Shown here piece after piece: positions 28,083-39,384 of a stretch of DNA of 64,000 nucleotides. This stretch comes from Mytilus trossulus (taxonomy: Eukaryota), in NCBI RefSeq assembly GCF_036588685.1, contig NC_086376.1:5332001-5396000 (forward strand), in the 5' to 3' direction. A program made the position numbers and the translations under genes. The first letter of the stretch is position 1. Every line of letters begins with the position of its first letter. The notes under the pieces were generated by a model, which had not been told where the DNA came from, ran no database searches, and saw only the letters and a program-made list of their open reading frames with translations.

Positions 28083-28699
28083 GGAAATGGTGAATGTGTC
28101 AAAGCGACAACAACCCGACCATAGAGCAGACAATAGCATGGAAAACAATAAATATGGGAACCTGAGATCTAGACATAGAGACTTGTTATACACTTTATTT
28201 TTATTGAACACTTGACAAAATCACTCGTTAAGAATGCTTTTATAATCGAAACTGAAGGAATATTGTTTGTATCAACGTCGGAAATCATTACAATAGGACT
28301 CAACACCGGCTCTCCTAGACTTTAATATCAATAAAAACGAAAGACTGTGTAAAAAGTGGCGAGAAACACTTGTTACATATCTTTTATTGTGTGTGTATTG
28401 CATATGTTATTGTTTATAATGATATTGTCTGTATGATATGCCCTCCTGGGGCCCTAATTTGGTAAATAAAAATATTCTATTCTATACGATTTACATAGTA
28501 CACTGACGTTGAAGTCAAGTCATAGGATTTCTAAAAAAAATTAACTGTTCACAGTCCTCTGAAAATTACGCCGCTTTATTGTTCAATGAAAATTTAATCC
28601 GATTGAAGAAGCCGTGAAATTTCAATGTTATTTTTTAATACAATTGAAAATATTGTCACTCATTCAGTATAATGTTTTAATCATGATACTTTATTTAAA

Positions 28700-30296
28700 A
28701 GCAATAACATACACATATTTTTATATTCGATCACGCTAAAGGATTGTTGAAACTGAGTAACTCTGGGCGTGATTTTCTTTTTTTGTTCGCCAAAAGAGAC
28801 CATTTCTGATTGTTTTGGGTTTTTTTTGCATTGGGAAGATCTTCTGTTTCTCTCCTACCTCTTCATTTTAAATAGGTGGTTTAGACGACAGACAGCACTT
28901 TTTTGCCCATTCACCCAGCTGTCTTGTATCACGACTAACAACAATTGTATAAGTTCTTCGCCATGACCCGAGTAACTAAATAAAGTGTCATTTGCAAATG
29001 CAAATAGTTTGCATAGAGGAGTTAATAGTTCAGCAATATCATTAATATATATGATAACCAATAAAGGATCAAGAACTGATCCTTGTGATGCACCAGCTAA
29101 AAAAAATCAAATATTGACTGTTTTTCATAAATATGTTTGTTTTTAAACAGATGAGAATATACATACTAGTATTTGAAAACAACTCGTTCCATAACTTTAC
29201 CGCGCAGCTAATTAGAGATATATTAGTTCTGAAGTTAGATGGCAAAGATAAGTCCCCCTTTTTATTGGAAATAGCTATTATAATTGCAATTTCCAAGCTG
29301 GTTGGATATACTAATTGACTACAGGACTTGTTGAGTATAATTTGAAGAGGTATTGCAACTTCATTCGGATAGATCTTGAGCATCATTTAGTTAATCACAT
29401 CTGGTACCGAGACTTCAGTATTCGGATAAAAAATATAAGTCATATTTAGAAATTCTTGAAAAGTGAGTGACATGTAAGTAACAACTTTTATTGTTTGATT
29501 TACTTTCAAATTGTGGTAAGTTGATAATCTAATCTGGATATTGAATTAAAATCCTTGCTTAATAGCTAACAATTTGTGTCATCTTCATATGCAATTTTGT
29601 CTGTTTTTCGGTAATTATAATATTTTGAAGTAGGAGATTTTATTTGATTCATTGTTTGACTTGATTAATATTCGATGCATTTTTGTAGAATAATGTAATC
29701 TAATTTACTTTTGAATCTTTCTTTGGCCTGCATGGTTTTTCGGTTTTTATTTCGTGTGGTTACTTGCTTAGTAGATAATGCACTTCCTCGCAATGTTCGA
29801 AGAAGTTATAGTAGATATTTCACATAGTTCATTAACATAGTTATCATCGGGAAAAAAGTGCATACCATTCCGTTTTATTCATTATTTTCAAAAAAATATC
29901 TTTTAAATTATCCGGCAGCTTATCGTGTATACACACTTCTCTTTTGAAAGTGCGTGACATTGCTGATGGACACTTCAAAGAAATATTACTACTGCATTTT
30001 GGTCATTTTTATTATGGGATCTAAGAGTGTACTACTTTTATCAGTACTGTAAGTCTTGTTGTCTTGTCAATTTTAATTTCTTAGATTGAGTAAATCCAAA
30101 GTTTTAATAAATTGTTCTTATTATTGACATTAAACAGGTCAGAATTAAGATCACCAGTGACCACCATATTTCGTTTATTTGAAAGACAGATTTGAACTTT
30201 CTATTGCATAATTTAATCGTGCACTGAAGTCGATGACCTCATTGGGTGGACGATGTGAATGACAGAGAAGGAAATGTTTACCTTTAGCTCGTATTT
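28700..30296 (-). mobile_element. Degenerate CR1/L2-like LINE, downstream part (rest of APE domain and RT), split by the Gypsy
   Basis: EIRAKGKHFLLCHSHRPPN..VVTGDLN (APE); KKGDLSLPSNFR.ISLISC; IYINDI..LFAFANDT (decayed LFADDT); many frameshifts; downstream boundary approximate. Confidence 0.8.
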
Positions 30297-31612
30297 TGTA
30301 GCGGAATCGGTTTTTATATATCTAAAATTATATGTTAGATTGCTTATTTCAATTTACAATTCATTTTCATTGTTATTATTTTGCTTACAGGTTCGTATCT
30401 AGGGTAAACTAAAAAGTGTAGTTGATTTCCATTGGTTAATCACTAAGGGTTCTCGGTGTTTTACATAAGATAAATGATAAAAAGCTTTTCTTTCCTTCTC
30501 GGTAGTAATCAATAGTTGTTTGGATTAAAATATATTCGAGTGCACCTTTATATACAAGTTTGTATCGAAGTACGCGGTTGGTTAAAGTTGTTATTTCTTC
30601 ACCTGTAATTAGTATATAAAGTAGATATTTTATTAATTCGGCCGCTTGATCGTATAAAGCCAAGGTCTGTATAAGACATAATCGACATTTGGTTTGAATA
30701 AAACCGCCGTTGTTTATCTTTATTATTAAGGGCTTACGGGTGTATTATACCCCGATGTCTGAATAAGACACTGCAACTTGGTTTGAATAAAACCGATATG
30801 CTTTATTGCTTAGGGTGATTGTTCGTTGCTTTATTTGGTCCGCTTTTAGTCCATAGCGTGTTCTAGTAAGAATTGAGTAAAGAAGCTTTTATATTTTGGG
30901 GGTTTGAATTTAAGATTTAATGAGATTACGATAGAGTTTAACAGTTTAGGATATTTACGGTAAAATGCCATTTGTTTAGAAGCCGAAACTTAATATTCAC
31001 TTTACATTTTTGATAGGAGCTTTTACATTATTTTACAATGTAATATTTTATGTGACTTTGATACTTTGTATTGTTATTGCAATATTATTTACATCTGTTG
31101 ATATTTTGAGAGACCTTATTAAATTATATAAACTTACTTATCTCGATCTCTTCAGCCAAGGAGACTCAGGGCCCAGTGGTTCGAACCTTTACATAAGGTT
31201 AACAGACGGTTTTATACAATTTATAGTCGGAAATATCAAGTAGACTTGTGTTTCGGGAATTAATCATTTCCGAGCCATAAGATCAATTACGCTTGATTTA
31301 ATATAACTGTCCGATTACAGGTGTTTCAATTTGTAGTTAACTTAGGTATATTGAGGTCAATGTCAAGTATTGATTTGTCTGTGTACTTATAGGTAAAGGT
31401 GTGTTCGAAGAGTAGACACACGTATTTACAGTATTGTTGATTTGGACACACGATAAAAAGGAACTCGTCATTAATTTACAATGTAGAAATACCTGTAGCT
31501 TTAGAGGCTGAGTTAACATTATAGCTGACTTTAACAAATAAAACACAGAGTTAATAAAAGAAAGATATTTTATACATAGAAAAATACAGAGGTTAAACCG
31601 TCTCCTGTTACA
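30297..31612 (+). repeat. 5' LTR (1316 bp, TGTA...TACA)
   Basis: Starts TGTAGCGG, ends CTGTTACA; repeated at 38074-39384. Confidence 0.95.
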
Positions 31613-31615
31613 TTT

Positions 31616-31633
31616 TGGCGCCCAACGTGGGGC
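31616..31633 (+). promoter_or_regulatory. Primer binding site for tRNA-Lys(CUU)
   Basis: TGGCGCCCAACGTGGGGC, 3 nt after the LTR; this is the known Lys1,2-type PBS sequence. Confidence 0.9.
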
Positions 31634-31741
31634 CCTGTTGTAAAACATCCAAGGCTGAGAGATAAGGATATTGTTTTTTTTTTATTATTGAAACTGAAAG
31701 CTCGAACATAGAGTTTATTTAAGAATATTTATAATTTCAAA

Positions 31742-33193
31742 ATGGCAGAAGGGGGCAAAAATATTAGTTCTGAAGATTACATACCCGTTGAAATGGCAAA
31801 TAATAGAGTCATGAGTTTTATTAGCGATATTGAAAGGGATTTAGAGGATATGAGACTCAAGACATTTAAAGATTATGAGGATCATAGGGGTCTGTCTAAT
31901 CCTGGTCATGGTGCAAGTCGATTTTTGATAGGTTCTAGTGAGAAGGTTGATTCTGTTGATAGGTCTGATTGTAATAAGTTAGGTTCATTTGAATTATATT
32001 CACGGGAGGGGGATAAGCATAAAAGTAGTACTCCGAATGAAAACTTGCGATCCGGCTTTAGCGTTAAAAGGGATAGCAGTCGCGATTCGAATGTTAAATT
32101 TAACTTAGAGCATGGTTACTCAACGGATTGTTCTGACTCGAATAATCCCCGTCCGCGAATGAGACCAGGGAGAGAATCCGAAGAAACTCTTCCAAATAAT
32201 CGTGAAGGGTTGCATGCTTACAACCTGCCCAGTCGCGAGGAGGCGTCCCGAGATACGGTTGGAATGTACAACCGATTATATAATCCTCCAACAACTGCTA
32301 CCCCTCGTCCGATATCGCGTTTGAGTATAGGTACAAGACCAATTTCTAGGCGTGAAAAGGAACCAGAAAAATTTGACGGGAAGTCAACCGACTACAAAGA
32401 TTATATGGTACACTTTGAGCAAACGGCGACATGGAATGGTTGGTCCGATGACGAAAAGGCTCAGCAATTAACAATGAGTTTGCGAGGCTCAGCGCAAAAG
32501 ATTTTGGGTGATTTAAAAGCGGAACAGCTTAAAAATTATGAAGAATTAAAGAAAATTCTATGTCAGCGTTTTAACCCAAAAGAACGCGTCGCTGCATACA
32601 GATGTGAATTTAGAACGCGAATACGTAGACAAAATGAAAGTCTTCAAGATTACGGTTACGCATTACGTAGGCTTGTCTGTCTTGCATATCCAGACAGTGA
32701 TTTTAACTATGTTCTTGAAGAACTAGCTATAAATCAATTTACAAATGGACTTGGAAATTTCGAAATGCAAAAGCAAGTACAATTTTCGCACCCGAAGACG
32801 ATCGAGTCAGCAATAGCGTATGCTGTTGAATATGAAGCATTTGTCGGGACACAGGCTGATATAAGAAAACCGAAAGATAAGGAAGCCGAATTTAATATTA
32901 AATATCCGGTACAGGCCGTTAAAAAACAAGACATAGACAAACCGAAGCCCGAAGAATGCAAAACTCAAACTAATGCATCAGAAGAAGCGTTGATGAAGGT
33001 CCTTGACTATTTTAAGGAAATTAGCCAAAAACTTACACAAATGAGCAATCCGCGAAATCAAGAGCGTCACAATTTTCGAACTCCAATTCGTTGTTATAAC
33101 TGTGGAGAACTGGGTCATATTGCAGTGCGTTGTAGGCAACCCCCAAAGGTTAAGAAAGATGTAAATGAAAACAACGGGGATTTAAACAAGTAA
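31742..33193 (+). CDS. gag: Gag polyprotein
   Basis: Capsid-like region (PEKFDG..FEQTATWNGW..LRGSAQ..RQNESLQDY) and CCHC knuckle CYNCGELGHIAVRC. Confidence 0.93.
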   Translation: MAEGGKNISSEDYIPVEMANNRVMSFISDIERDLEDMRLKTFKDYEDHRGLSNPGHGASRFLIGSSEKVDSVDRSDCNKLGSFELYSREGDKHKSSTPNENLRSGFSVKRDSSRDSNVKFNLEHGYSTDCSDSNNPRPRMRPGRESEETLPNNREGLHAYNLPSREEASRDTVGMYNRLYNPPTTATPRPISRLSIGTRPISRREKEPEKFDGKSTDYKDYMVHFEQTATWNGWSDDEKAQQLTMSLRGSAQKILGDLKAEQLKNYEELKKILCQRFNPKERVAAYRCEFRTRIRRQNESLQDYGYALRRLVCLAYPDSDFNYVLEELAINQFTNGLGNFEMQKQVQFSHPKTIESAIAYAVEYEAFVGTQADIRKPKDKEAEFNIKYPVQAVKKQDIDKPKPEECKTQTNASEEALMKVLDYFKEISQKLTQMSNPRNQERHNFRTPIRCYNCGELGHIAVRCRQPPKVKKDVNENNGDLNK

Positions 33194-33240
33194 GGGTTGA
33201 TCCTGTTCCCAAAGGTTCGGCCCCACAGTTGAAAGGGAAT
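33181..33240 (+). promoter_or_regulatory. -1 programmed ribosomal frameshift signal
   Basis: T TTA AAC in gag phase, 6-nt spacer, stem GGGTTGA/TCGGCCC, loop GTTCCC able to pair with GGGAAT at 33235-33240. Confidence 0.85.
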
Positions 33241-36200
33241 ATGAAAATCAGAATAAACCATATTACTCCAAATTGTTTATATTTGCCCGCTAAAGTAAAT
33301 AGCATTGATGTTAAACTTTTATTAGATACCGGTTCTGCTGTCAGCATTTTAAATAAATCTATATTTGAAAAATTAGGCATTGCTGAGACGCAATTAGGTG
33401 CGTTCGGAGTTGAGCTTATCGCTGCCGACGGTAAGCCGATACCAGTACTAGGGAAATTTAAGTTACAACTTTTGTTAGATTGCTGTGCTATAACACATGA
33501 TTTTGTAATTGCTGACATTGGTGAAATGGCAGGAATAATAGGCATGGATTTACTCGAGACGTATAGTGCCTCTATAGATATAGCCAACGCAGAGATTAAA
33601 ATTTCTGATCACTCTATTAAGCTCGAAAAGGAAAATAGTAGACTTTGTGCTTTTGTAAGGACAGTTAGTAAGGAAAAAATACCCCCTTTTTCTGAACGAA
33701 TTTTTGAAGGGAAGATAAGCGGGTTTCAAGGTGTTGAAAGTGAAATTTTGTTTGAGCCAATTAGGTTTCCTGACAATAAAGGAATTTTGTTAGCTAGAGC
33801 CCTTATTAACCCCCAACAAGGCAAAGTTCAAGTGTCTGCACTAAATAGTTCTTCTGCGGTAGTTACTTTGTCAAAGAACTCTATAGTAGGGTGTATACAG
33901 CCAATTAAAGCTGCTACGAAAGTGAATGTTGGGATAAATGATAAACATGAACAAGCTTTACCCGAACATTTAATCCCGATAATTGATAAAATATCTCCTA
34001 AAGTAACGGAAAGTCAAAAACAGTCAATTAAGGAGCTTTTGATCGAATTTCAAGATATATTTGTGGGACCCGACGGAAAGCTAGGCCGTACAAATTTAGC
34101 AAAACATGTCATTAACACTGGTGATGCGAAACCCATTAAATTGCCCCCTCGTAGAGCTCATATTACGCAACGAAAGGTAATAGAAACTGAAATTCAGAAA
34201 ATGTTAGACCAAGATATCATAGAGCCTAGTGAAAGCCCTTGGGCTACCCCTATTTTGCTTGTAAAAAAGAAGGATAATTCCGTTCGCTTCTGTCTAGATT
34301 TTAGGAGAATTAATTCCGTTACAAAAAAGGACGCCTATCCACTCCCTAGAATTGACACTTGTTTGGACTCCCTAGGGGGTTCCGAATGGTATAACACGCT
34401 AGATATGGCTAGTGGTTATTGGCAAGTGGAGATGGATGAACAAAGTAAAGAAAAGACCGCATTTACATCTCATATGGGGTTATTTCAGTTCAATGTGCTT
34501 CCCTTTGGTTTGACAAATGCTGGTGCTTGTTTTGAAAGACTGATGGAGTTCGTACTTAAGGGATATCAGTGGAAGAGATGTTTATGCTATATCGATGATG
34601 TTATAGTATTTGGCAATACTTTCGAAAATACATTGACAAATTTGAGATTAGTCTTTCAAAGATTTCGTGAAGCAAATTTAAAGTTAAAACCTAGCAAGTG
34701 TTCTCTTTTTCAAGATCACGTTTTATTTTTGGGTCATATGATATCTTCAGAAGGAATAACATGTGATCCTTCCAAAATAGAAACGGTTCAAAAATGGCCC
34801 GTACCGACAAATGTCCATGAAATTCGAAGTTTTCTGGGTTTGGCTGGTTATTATCGGCGATTCATACCTCAGTTTTCAGAAATTGCATCTCCTTTAACCG
34901 AACTAACAAAAAAGGGTAGAAAGTTTGCATGGAGCCTTGAATGTCAAGAAGCTTTTGAAAAATTAAAAGACAAATTAACTTCAGCCCCAATTTTGAGTTA
35001 CCCAAATGAAGAGGGGATGTTTATTATAGATACTGACGCTAGCAATAATGCTATTGGAGCCGTTCTGTCCCAAAAGCAGGGGAATGACGAAAAAGTTATT
35101 GCATACGCTAGTAAGATGTTGAGCAACACACAGAAACGCTATTGCACTACGTATCGAGAATTACTGGCTGTGGTTCATTTTGTAAAGAACTTTAGACATT
35201 TCTTATGGGGTCAAAAATTCTTGATAAGAACTGATCATGCATCGCTTGTATGGCTCAAAAATTTTAAAGAACCAGAAGGCATTGTTGCCCGATGGATATC
35301 AGTTTTGGATACGTATAATTTTGTTATTCAACATAGAAGAGGTTGTCTTCATGGTAACGCTGACGCCCTATCCAGAATTCCCTATAGTAGGTGTAAACGT
35401 TCTAAATGTCCTGGTTGTGAGGGTCTAAATGAGGGAAATTTAGAGCTAGAGGGATGTTGTTTTCATGATTTTGAAAAACAAGCTGTTTTACCAATACAGT
35501 ATGGGGAAAATACAAGTACTATTGACACTTTAAGTACAGATTCGGATATTGATTCTGACCCAGAAAATGAAATTCAGTCAAATTGGTTAGTGAGTTGGGC
35601 TGATGAACAAATTAGGGAATGGCAAAATAATGACTCTAATATTTCTAAAATTTTACAACTCAAATCTGAATTTGAACACAAGCCTCCCCGTTTACATGTA
35701 TCAGATTGTAATTTCGAAGTAAGGTCTTTATGGTCTAATTGGGAGCTTCTGGAAATTCAAAATGAAATCTTGTATTATAGATATGAACTTGAACAGGGCA
35801 GGTCTTTGGTTTTAGTTGCGCCTTACAATATTCGGTCAGATATCATGCATCAGTTGCATACCCAGAGAATTGCTGGTCACTTAGGTAGAGACAAAACTCT
35901 TAAGGCAGTGAAATTTAGGTTTTTCTGGCCAGGCATGTCTACCGATGTAATGAACTGGTGTAGGGAATGCTGGGATTGTGCAAAAGGTAAACCCGGACCA
36001 GGAGCTGGAAAAGCCCCTCTCCAACAGTCAAAAGTTGGGGCTCCTTTTGATCGTATTGGAATAGATATTGTAGGACATTGTCCAATTACTGCCAATAATA
36101 ATGAATACATTATAGTGATACAAGATTATTTTACAAAATGGGTCGAAGCTTTCGCCGTTCCCAATCACACGGCTCAAACGGTTGCCGATAAATTAGTTAC

Positions 36201-37122
36201 TGAGTTATTCTGTAGGTTTGGTATTCCCAAACAAATTCATTCAGATCAGGGTAGAGAATTCTGTTCAGAGTTAATGGCCGAAGTATGTAAATTACTCGAA
36301 ATCGATAAAACCAGAACCACTCCTTATAGGCCTCAAAGTGATGGTTTAGTAGAACGACAAAACCGATCATTAAAAAAAATGCTCTCCAATTTTGTGAACG
36401 AAAATAGAAACGATTGGGATGATCATTTGCCGTTTTTACTCATGGCTTATAGAAACTCAAATCATGATAGTACTGGTTTATCACCCCATAAAATGATGAT
36501 GGGAAGGGAAATGACATACCCCATTGATATTTTAGCTGGTAGCCCTCCTAATACTCCAAAGAGTAGTTGTCCTATTGAGTATGTACAGTGGTTGAAACAT
36601 GTACTTGATAAATCACATTGTTTTGCAAGGATGAGTCTTGATAAGGCAGCTCAGCGCCAAAAACAGAATTATGATAGGGGAGTTAAAGCACGATCTTTTG
36701 AGACAAATGATTTTGTCTGGAGGTGGAGTCCTTCTGTGGCCGGCGTTAAATTTGGTAGAGGTTGGATAGGTCCTTTTGTAGTTTTAGAAAAACTATCAGA
36801 TGTTCTCTATCGTATTCAAAAGTTACCTCAGACAAAACCCATAGTTGTACATGTTGATCATTTGAAATTGTATTATGGAGAAACCCCTCTAGCATGGCAG
36901 ATTGACGATGTTTCTGATGATGAAATATCTCATGTTTCACATAATGAAGATGTTGAAATGTTTGAAACTGATGTACATAATGATAGTAATGATATAGATG
37001 TAAATATAGAATCTGATATAAATGATAATGAAAATGATAGGGGAGAAATTTTGAAAACTCCGCCACGTAGAACACGCTGTGGACGTCCTGTTAATAGGCC
37101 ATTAAAGTATTCACCCGATTAA
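33181..37122 (+). CDS. pol: Pol polyprotein (PR-RT-RNaseH-IN), -1 frame to gag
   Basis: LLDTGS protease; LPFGL and YIDD RT; DTDAS/RELLA/RTDH RNase H; HHCC zinc finger, DIVG/SDQG/E integrase core, GPF motif. Frame is open from the slippery site to 37122. Confidence 0.95.
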   Translation, partial: FKQVRVDPVPKGSAPQLKGNMKIRINHITPNCLYLPAKVNSIDVKLLLDTGSAVSILNKSIFEKLGIAETQLGAFGVELIAADGKPIPVLGKFKLQLLLDCCAITHDFVIADIGEMAGIIGMDLLETYSASIDIANAEIKISDHSIKLEKENSRLCAFVRTVSKEKIPPFSERIFEGKISGFQGVESEILFEPIRFPDNKGILLARALINPQQGKVQVSALNSSSAVVTLSKNSIVGCIQPIKAATKVNVGINDKHEQALPEHLIPIIDKISPKVTESQKQSIKELLIEFQDIFVGPDGKLGRTNLAKHVINTGDAKPIKLPPRRAHITQRKVIETEIQKMLDQDIIEPSESPWATPILLVKKKDNSVRFCLDFRRINSVTKKDAYPLPRIDTCLDSLGGSEWYNTLDMASGYWQVEMDEQSKEKTAFTSHMGLFQFNVLPFGLTNAGACFERLMEFVLKGYQWKRCLCYIDDVIVFGNTFENTLTNLRLVFQRFREANLKLKPSKCSLFQDHVLFLGHMISSEGITCDPSKIETVQKWPVPTNVHEIRSFLGLAGYYRRFIPQFSEIASPLTELTKKGRKFAWSLECQEAFEKLKDKLTSAPILSYPNEEGMFIIDTDASNNAIGAVLSQKQGNDEKVIAYASKMLSNTQKRYCTTYRELLAVVHFVKNFRHFLWGQKFLIRTDHASLVWLKNFKEPEGIVARWISVLDTYNFVIQHRRGCLHGNADALSRIPYSRCKRSKCPGCEGLNEGNLELEGCCFHDFEKQAVLPIQYGENTSTIDTLSTDSDIDSDPENEIQSNWLVSWADEQIREWQNNDSNISKILQLKSEFEHKPPRLHVSDCNFEVRSLWSNWELLEIQNEILYYRYELEQGRSLVLVAPYNIRSDIMHQLHTQRIAGHLGRDKTLKAVKFRFFWPGMSTDVMNWCRECWDCAKGKPGPGAGKAPLQQSKVGAPFDRIGIDIVGHCPITANNNEYIIVIQDYFTKWVEAFAVPNHTAQTVADKLVTELFCRFGIPKQIHSDQGREFCSELMAEVCKLLEIDKTRTTPYRPQSDGLVERQNRSLKKMLSNFVNENRNDWDDHLPFLLMAYRNSNHDSTGLSPHKMMMGREMTYPIDILAGSPPNTPKSSCPIEYVQWLKHVLDKSHCFARMSLDKAAQRQKQNYDRGVKARSFETNDFVWRWSPSVAGVKFGRGWIGPFVVLEKLSDVLYRIQKLPQTKPIVVHVDHLKLYYGETPLAWQIDDVSDDEISHVSHNEDVEMFETDVHNDSNDIDVNIESDINDNENDRGEILKTPPRRTRCGRPVNRPLKYSPD

Positions 37123-38073
37123 ATGTATATATGTTTTATTTTAAAGGTCTCTCATTTTATCATTTTTATTATATTAGTATTGATAGTTATGTAAAAAGAA
37201 GAAGAAGATAAAAAAAAAAAAACACACACACACAGAAATTCTCTTTCATATTTCAGAGGCATACTATGTTGCGTTTACATTATCGCAGCATACTGATTAA
37301 ACAACACATCATATATATATATATATTTTTGTTTTATTTTATTTTTTTTGTTTGCGTTATTATTATTTTGTTTGTTTTATTTTTTGTTTATACTTATATC
37401 AAAACTCGTAAAATTTCATACACTGATATATATATACGGCATGGATCTTAGGAGCCAGTTTATAGAAATGACAGAATTTTCCATGAAACTGTATTTATGA
37501 TATTTCGAATAAGTGTATCATGTGTCATGTCTATAAACGCGTGCATAATATTGGTTGATACTCGCTCTGACACTGGGTCAAAGAACTCTGCTCGTCAAAG
37601 CTTTATGTTTCGATAAGGCCGAAGTGACTAAAAATCGTATTATTGCACTACACACTTTAGGTATATATTGCAAGTAGGATTGCCTTAACTAAGGTTTAAA
37701 ACTATATAGATTTGATGGATTTAGGTTTAGAGAACCTCCCAAGTTGTTATAGACCTTAGGAGTTTATTAGAGGAAAGTTTTGCTTGTACACGTCTAGAAT
37801 CCTGGTGTTTGGTTATAGTATTGTGGGTACAGGATTTAAATCACGCGCATGATGTAGTAGAGTCGCGTCACGTCTGTTTTAATTATCAGCTTTATTATTT
37901 AAATGAACTATATTTTCAAAATCTATATTCAGCATTATTTTACCGCGTATCTATATAATAATATGTAGATAAGTATATACATCCATACAAATAAAAAAAA
38001 TAAAAAAATAACAGCACACAGATAGTTTCATTTTTTTTGTTTGGTTTATTTCATAATTGTGTTCTTTTCTTTT

Positions 38074-39384
38074 CGGAATCGGTTTTTATATATCTAAAAT
38101 TATATGTTAGATTGCTTATTTCAATTTACAATTCATTTTCATTGTTATTATTTTGCTTACAGGTTCGTATCTAGGGTAAACTAAAAAGTGTAGTTGATTT
38201 CCATTGGTTAATCACTAAGGGTTCTCGGTGTTTTACATAAGATAAATGATAAAAAGCTTTTCTTTCCTTCTCGGTAGTAATCAATAGTTGTTTGGATTAA
38301 AATATATTCGAGTGCACCTTTATATACAAGTTTGTATCGAAGTACGCGGTTGGTTAAAGTTGTTATTTCTTCACCTGTAATTAGTATATAAAGTAGATAT
38401 TTTATTAATTCGGCCGCTTGATCGTATAAAGCCAAGGTCTGTATAAGACATAATCGACATTTGGTTTGAATAAAACCGCCGTTGTTTATCTTTATTATTA
38501 AGGGCTTACGGGTGTATTATACCCCGATGTCTGAATAAGACACTGCAACTTGGTTTGAATAAAACCGATATGCTTTATTGCTTAGGGTGATTGTTCGTTG
38601 CTTTATTTGGTCCGCTTTTAGTCCATAGCGTGTTCTAGTAAGAATTGAGTAAAGAAGCTTTTATATTTTGGGGGTTTGAATTTAAGATTTAATGAGATTA
38701 CGATAGAGTTTAACAGTTTAGGATATTTACGGTAAAATGCCATTTGTTTAGAAGCCGAAACTTAATATTCACTTTACATTTTTGATAGGAGCTTTTACAT
38801 TATTTTACAATGTAATATTTTATGTGACTTTGATACTTTGTATTGTTATTGCAATATTATTTACATCTGTTGATATTTTGAGAGACCTTATTAAATTATA
38901 TAAACTTACTTATCTCGATCTCTTCAGCCAAGGAGACTCAGGGCCCAGTGGTTCGAACCTTTACATAAGGTTAACAGACGGTTTTATACAATTTATAGTC
39001 GGAAATATCAAGTAGACTTGTGTTTCGGGAATTAATCATTTCCGAGCCATAAGATCAATTACGCTTGATTTAATATAACTGTCCGATTACAGGTGTTTCA
39101 ATTTGTAGTTAACTTAGGTATATTGAGGTCAATGTCAAGTATTGATTTGTCTGTGTACTTATAGGTAAAGGTGTGTTCGAAGAGTAGACACACGTATTTA
39201 CAGTATTGTTGATTTGGACACACGATAAAAAGGAACTCGTCATTAATTTACAATGTAGAAATACCTGTAGCTTTAGAGGCTGAGTTAACATTATAGCTGA
39301 CTTTAACAAATAAAACACAGAGTTAATAAAAGAAAGATATTTTATACATAGAAAAATACAGAGGTTAAACCGTCTCCTGTTACA
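38074..39384 (+). repeat. 3' LTR lacking the first 5 nt (TGTAG)
   Basis: Matches 30302-31612 with no differences seen by eye; the ORF track gives identical peptides in both copies. Confidence 0.95.

Larger units (their letters stand above)
30297..39384 (+). mobile_element. Near-complete, young Ty3/Gypsy LTR retrotransposon
   Basis: Two direct LTRs offset by 7772 nt, PBS, gag and pol in PR-RT-RH-IN order. Confidence 0.97.

Noticed and set aside
30660-30810. Hammerhead ribozyme in the LTR
   Set aside because: No CUGANGA...GAAA core in the right stem context
31010-31243. Hydrophobic 77-aa ORF in the LTR as an env-like/accessory protein (also 38782-39015)
   Set aside because: Non-ATG start, T-rich composition, duplicated only because it lies in the LTR; no supporting motif
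37123-38073. env gene downstream of pol
   Set aside because: Only short low-complexity ORFs
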